Assembly: GCA_028534125.1 (NCBI GenBank)
Contig: CM052817.1
Coordinates: 104,906,001-104,970,000, forward strand
DNA: 64,000 nucleotides
Origin: Lama glama
Taxonomy: Eukaryota
Direction of reading: 5' to 3'
In this document: piece after piece, positions 61,480 through 64,000 of the stretch
Position numbering within the stretch: position 1 is the first letter of the stretch
How the letters are laid out: every line of letters starts with the position of its first letter
Made by a program: the position numbers and the translations under genes
Notes under the pieces: model-generated
Told to the model about the DNA's origin: nothing
Databases searched by the model: none
The model's input: the letters and a program-made list of their open reading frames with translations, nothing else

Positions 61480-63510
61480 TCCAAGCTTTTTCCAGTTCTT
61501 CTCGAAATATCCAGGGCTTTGTGGCTTTGACCTCAGATCTTTGCTGTCATAAGTCTTGAGGCTTTCAATATTCACATGGTATTCTAATTTATTGGTTGTT
61601 CATTTCCTTTCCATCAGTGCCATCCTCCCACCACCTCTGCCACCTATACCTATGGTCATACCCAAATATCATCAGTACTAATAATGGCACTTCCTCCAAA
61701 ATGCAGTCTTCAAGTTAGTTACTATCCATCTACCAGTCTCCTCATATTTCTCCAAATTGTACCTCCTATTAACCACTCCAACAAGTATTAATCCACCTAG
61801 AAACTCCAATTCATCAATCTTACCACATTCTACTGCATCTCCACTTCCTCATGTCCTCAAGTTCCCTCATTATTGAGATTATATGCTGTTGGCCAGACAT
61901 ATTATCACTCCATTTTGTGAACCCTTCCATGAACCCATAGCACTGTGGACTTTTCCTCTCTTTGTCATATTAACCTGGCAGAGTCCCAGCCATGTCTTCA
62001 TCCAGATCTACCCAGGGGATGTCTGCCAAACAATCTTAGCACATTTTGTAACTATAGTATTTGACATCACTATTATATTCCTTCTCTTTCTTCAAGCATC
62101 CATTATTTGATCCTGACTCAGCTGTTGTTCTTGCTGCCTATTTCACTTTTAAAAATAAAATAAACCAAACCAAACCAGAAAATCCAACCCATAGAAACAG
62201 AGAATGGATTGGTGGCTGCCAGAGGCAGGGATTGAGGAGTGGGGAAATTGGATAGAGGTCAAAAGCTACAGACTTCTAGCTGTAAAATAAATAAGATCTG
62301 GGAAAGTCATGTGCAACATAATAGGTAGGGTTAACAATATTGTCCTATACAAGTTGGAAGTTGTTAAGAGAGTAAATCTTAAAAGTTCTTATCACCAGGG
62401 AAAAAACTGGAACAAATTGAGTTGATGACTGTTAACTAATTGTGCTAATTGTTTTGCAATATGTTCGTATATCAAATCATTATGTGGTATACCTTACACT
62501 AATACAATTGCATGTCAATTAAAGCTCAATAAAACTGGGGAAAAATAAAATGTATCAGTAGAGAACTTCCATAGACTTTTAGCACCAAATCTGAGCGCAT
62601 GTGTCCTTCCCTCCTCCTATATAAGCTAGACTTCTCCACATGTGATGAAGTCCTATTCCTTTTTCTATCCAAGTTCACCTTTCCAACAATTTTTGACTAA
62701 CTCATTCTCTTTAGCATGAAGTTATTATGTAATAGATCTCAACTTAGAGTGAAAACAAAAACCTTCCTTTCTGTTCAGCCACCCTATTTCTTTCAGAAAA
62801 CTTCATGAAAAAGTTTCCTACTCTTGCTATCAATTTATATTATCCAGTTATCTCTTATTTCAGTCTATTTAGGTTTTTAATCTCATAACTCAACTTAAAC
62901 AGCTCTTGTTTAAGTTTCCATTACCTTTTTTTCTTCTTTTATCTTTTCTGACTTATCAGCACTATGGGATACAGTTGATCACTCCTTTCATTTTTTTTCC
63001 CCTTGACTTTCAGGATCCAGAAATGATTTTCTCCTGCTTAAAGGGATTATTTTTTCTACTTCAGTGATTCCTTTTTATATTCCTGATCTTTAAACTCTCT
63101 CCAGTCCATGGCCCATTCTATGTTTATCCACCCAGTGAGTGATCTAATTCATCCTTAGAGGATTTAGACATGGGACTCTCCAAATATGTATCTTCATTCT
63201 AGCCCTCTTCCCTGAATCTACCTGCCAATTCTACCTTTCCATTCGGATGCCTAGCAGGCACTTCAACTTTAAAGTGATTTAAATTCATTTCTTTATCTCT
63301 GTATCTCTTTCCAGATCAATTATATATCAAAAAAATAATAGTCTTAATTTTCTGGTTGCTCAAGCTCTACATCTTACAGTTTTCTTTGGCTCTCATAATT
63401 TACAGAATCACTCAAACAATTCATAGTTGAGCCTTATTTCAAGTTCTATGATGAATTCACCCAGTTCTCAACATTTGCACTGCTGACTTACTAATCCAAG
63501 CTGCCATTCA
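61480..63510 (+). mobile_element. Long degraded L2 (ORF2 region)
   Basis: CTTTCAATATTCACATG, ATGGTCATACCC, CACAGTTGATCACTC.CTT-like, GACTC.CCAAAT.T.TATCT.C and GGATG.CTA.CAGGCA.TTCAA motifs in L2 order. Confidence 0.75.
62160..62550 (+). mobile_element. L1MA/MB-type 3' end inserted in L2
   Basis: CATAGAAACAGAGA..GATTGGTGG.TGCCAGAGG, AAGAGAGTA.ATCTTAAAAGTTCT.ATCAC and CTCAATAAAACTGGGGAAAAA; probable TSD AAAAATAAAAT. Confidence 0.88.
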
Positions 63511-63514
63511 CTTT

Positions 63515-63682
63515 GAATTAGTTTTCTGTTGCTGTTGTAATAAACAGCATAAATCTACCAGCCTTATTGAAGTTTACTCTGATGGTTCTGCAGTCAAAAG
63601 TCCTAAAATCCAAGCACTAGAAGGGCTGCATTTCTTCTAGAGACTCTGAGGGAGAATCCTTTTCCTTGTCCTTTCCAGCTAT
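63515..63682 (-). mobile_element. MLT1 LTR fragment (host of the family-D LTR)
   Basis: TTAGTTTTCT.TTGCTG.TGTAA...AGGGCTGCATT.CTTCT.GAG.CTCT.AGGGAGAATCC.TTTCCTTG.CCTTTCCAGCT. Confidence 0.8.
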
Positions 63683-64000
63683 TGAGGTGGGAAGCCCCAA
63701 GAAAAAGACGGCAGTACCCCCAGGCAGGGCCACTACCCTCCTGCCAGCACCATTCGGTTCCCTGGCTCAGTGGCATTATCTTGCTTTTTAAACTCTGAAA
63801 CAGCTTACTTCTAGGAAAGTGGAACTTACCCCTAAGATTCTATTGGTTCTCTGAGCTAAGTCCTGATTGGTCCATTTCTCTCACTTCTAATTGGTCCATT
63901 TCTCTCACTCCTGATTGATCCATTTCCCTCACTCCTGATTGATCGATTTCTACAAAGCTTGCTCCTAATTAGTCACCTTTGTTATACCTCACTTGCATAT
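63683..64000 (+). mobile_element. ERV1-type LTR with a CCAAT tandem array (family D), running off the window end
   Basis: Starts TGAGGTGGGAAGCCCC; reverse complement of 27000-27324; 24-bp ATTGG/ATTGA repeats. Confidence 0.88.

Noticed and set aside
1..64000. A novel multi-gene biological system
   Set aside because: No host coding genes, operon-like structure or unexplained long ORFs are visible; the recognisable structure is accounted for by known classes of mammalian repeats and one U6 retrocopy.

Overview
This is mammalian non-coding DNA (intergenic or deep intronic), AT-rich and dominated by transposable elements. It is most likely camelid (alpaca/llama/camel), because it carries tRNA-Ala(AGC)-derived SINEs of the vic-1 type alongside cetartiodactyl-type L1 3' UTRs. 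I recognise no host protein-coding gene. The only ORF-track protein with a recognisable family is a broken L1 ORF2 endonuclease fragment (18.4-19.2 kb); a second disrupted L1 ORF2 piece lies at 13.5-14.0 kb. The clearest non-TE feature is a near-perfect U6 snRNA retrocopy on the minus strand (24234-24338) with a poly(A) tail and target-site duplication. About a dozen ERV1-type solo or partial LTRs from several families are present, some nested in older LTRs or L1, along with MER20, MIR, L2, MLT1, LTR16-like and old L1M relics. Three gaps of exactly 500 N split the window into four contigs. I found no evidence of a new multi-gene system. The second-look items are unusual retrotransposition junctions, a CCAAT-array LTR family, a MER41-like LTR with eroded GAS sites, and a few unique stretches that could be enhancers or exons. 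Repeat family names are recalled from consensus motifs, not from a database search, and boundaries of old elements are approximate.
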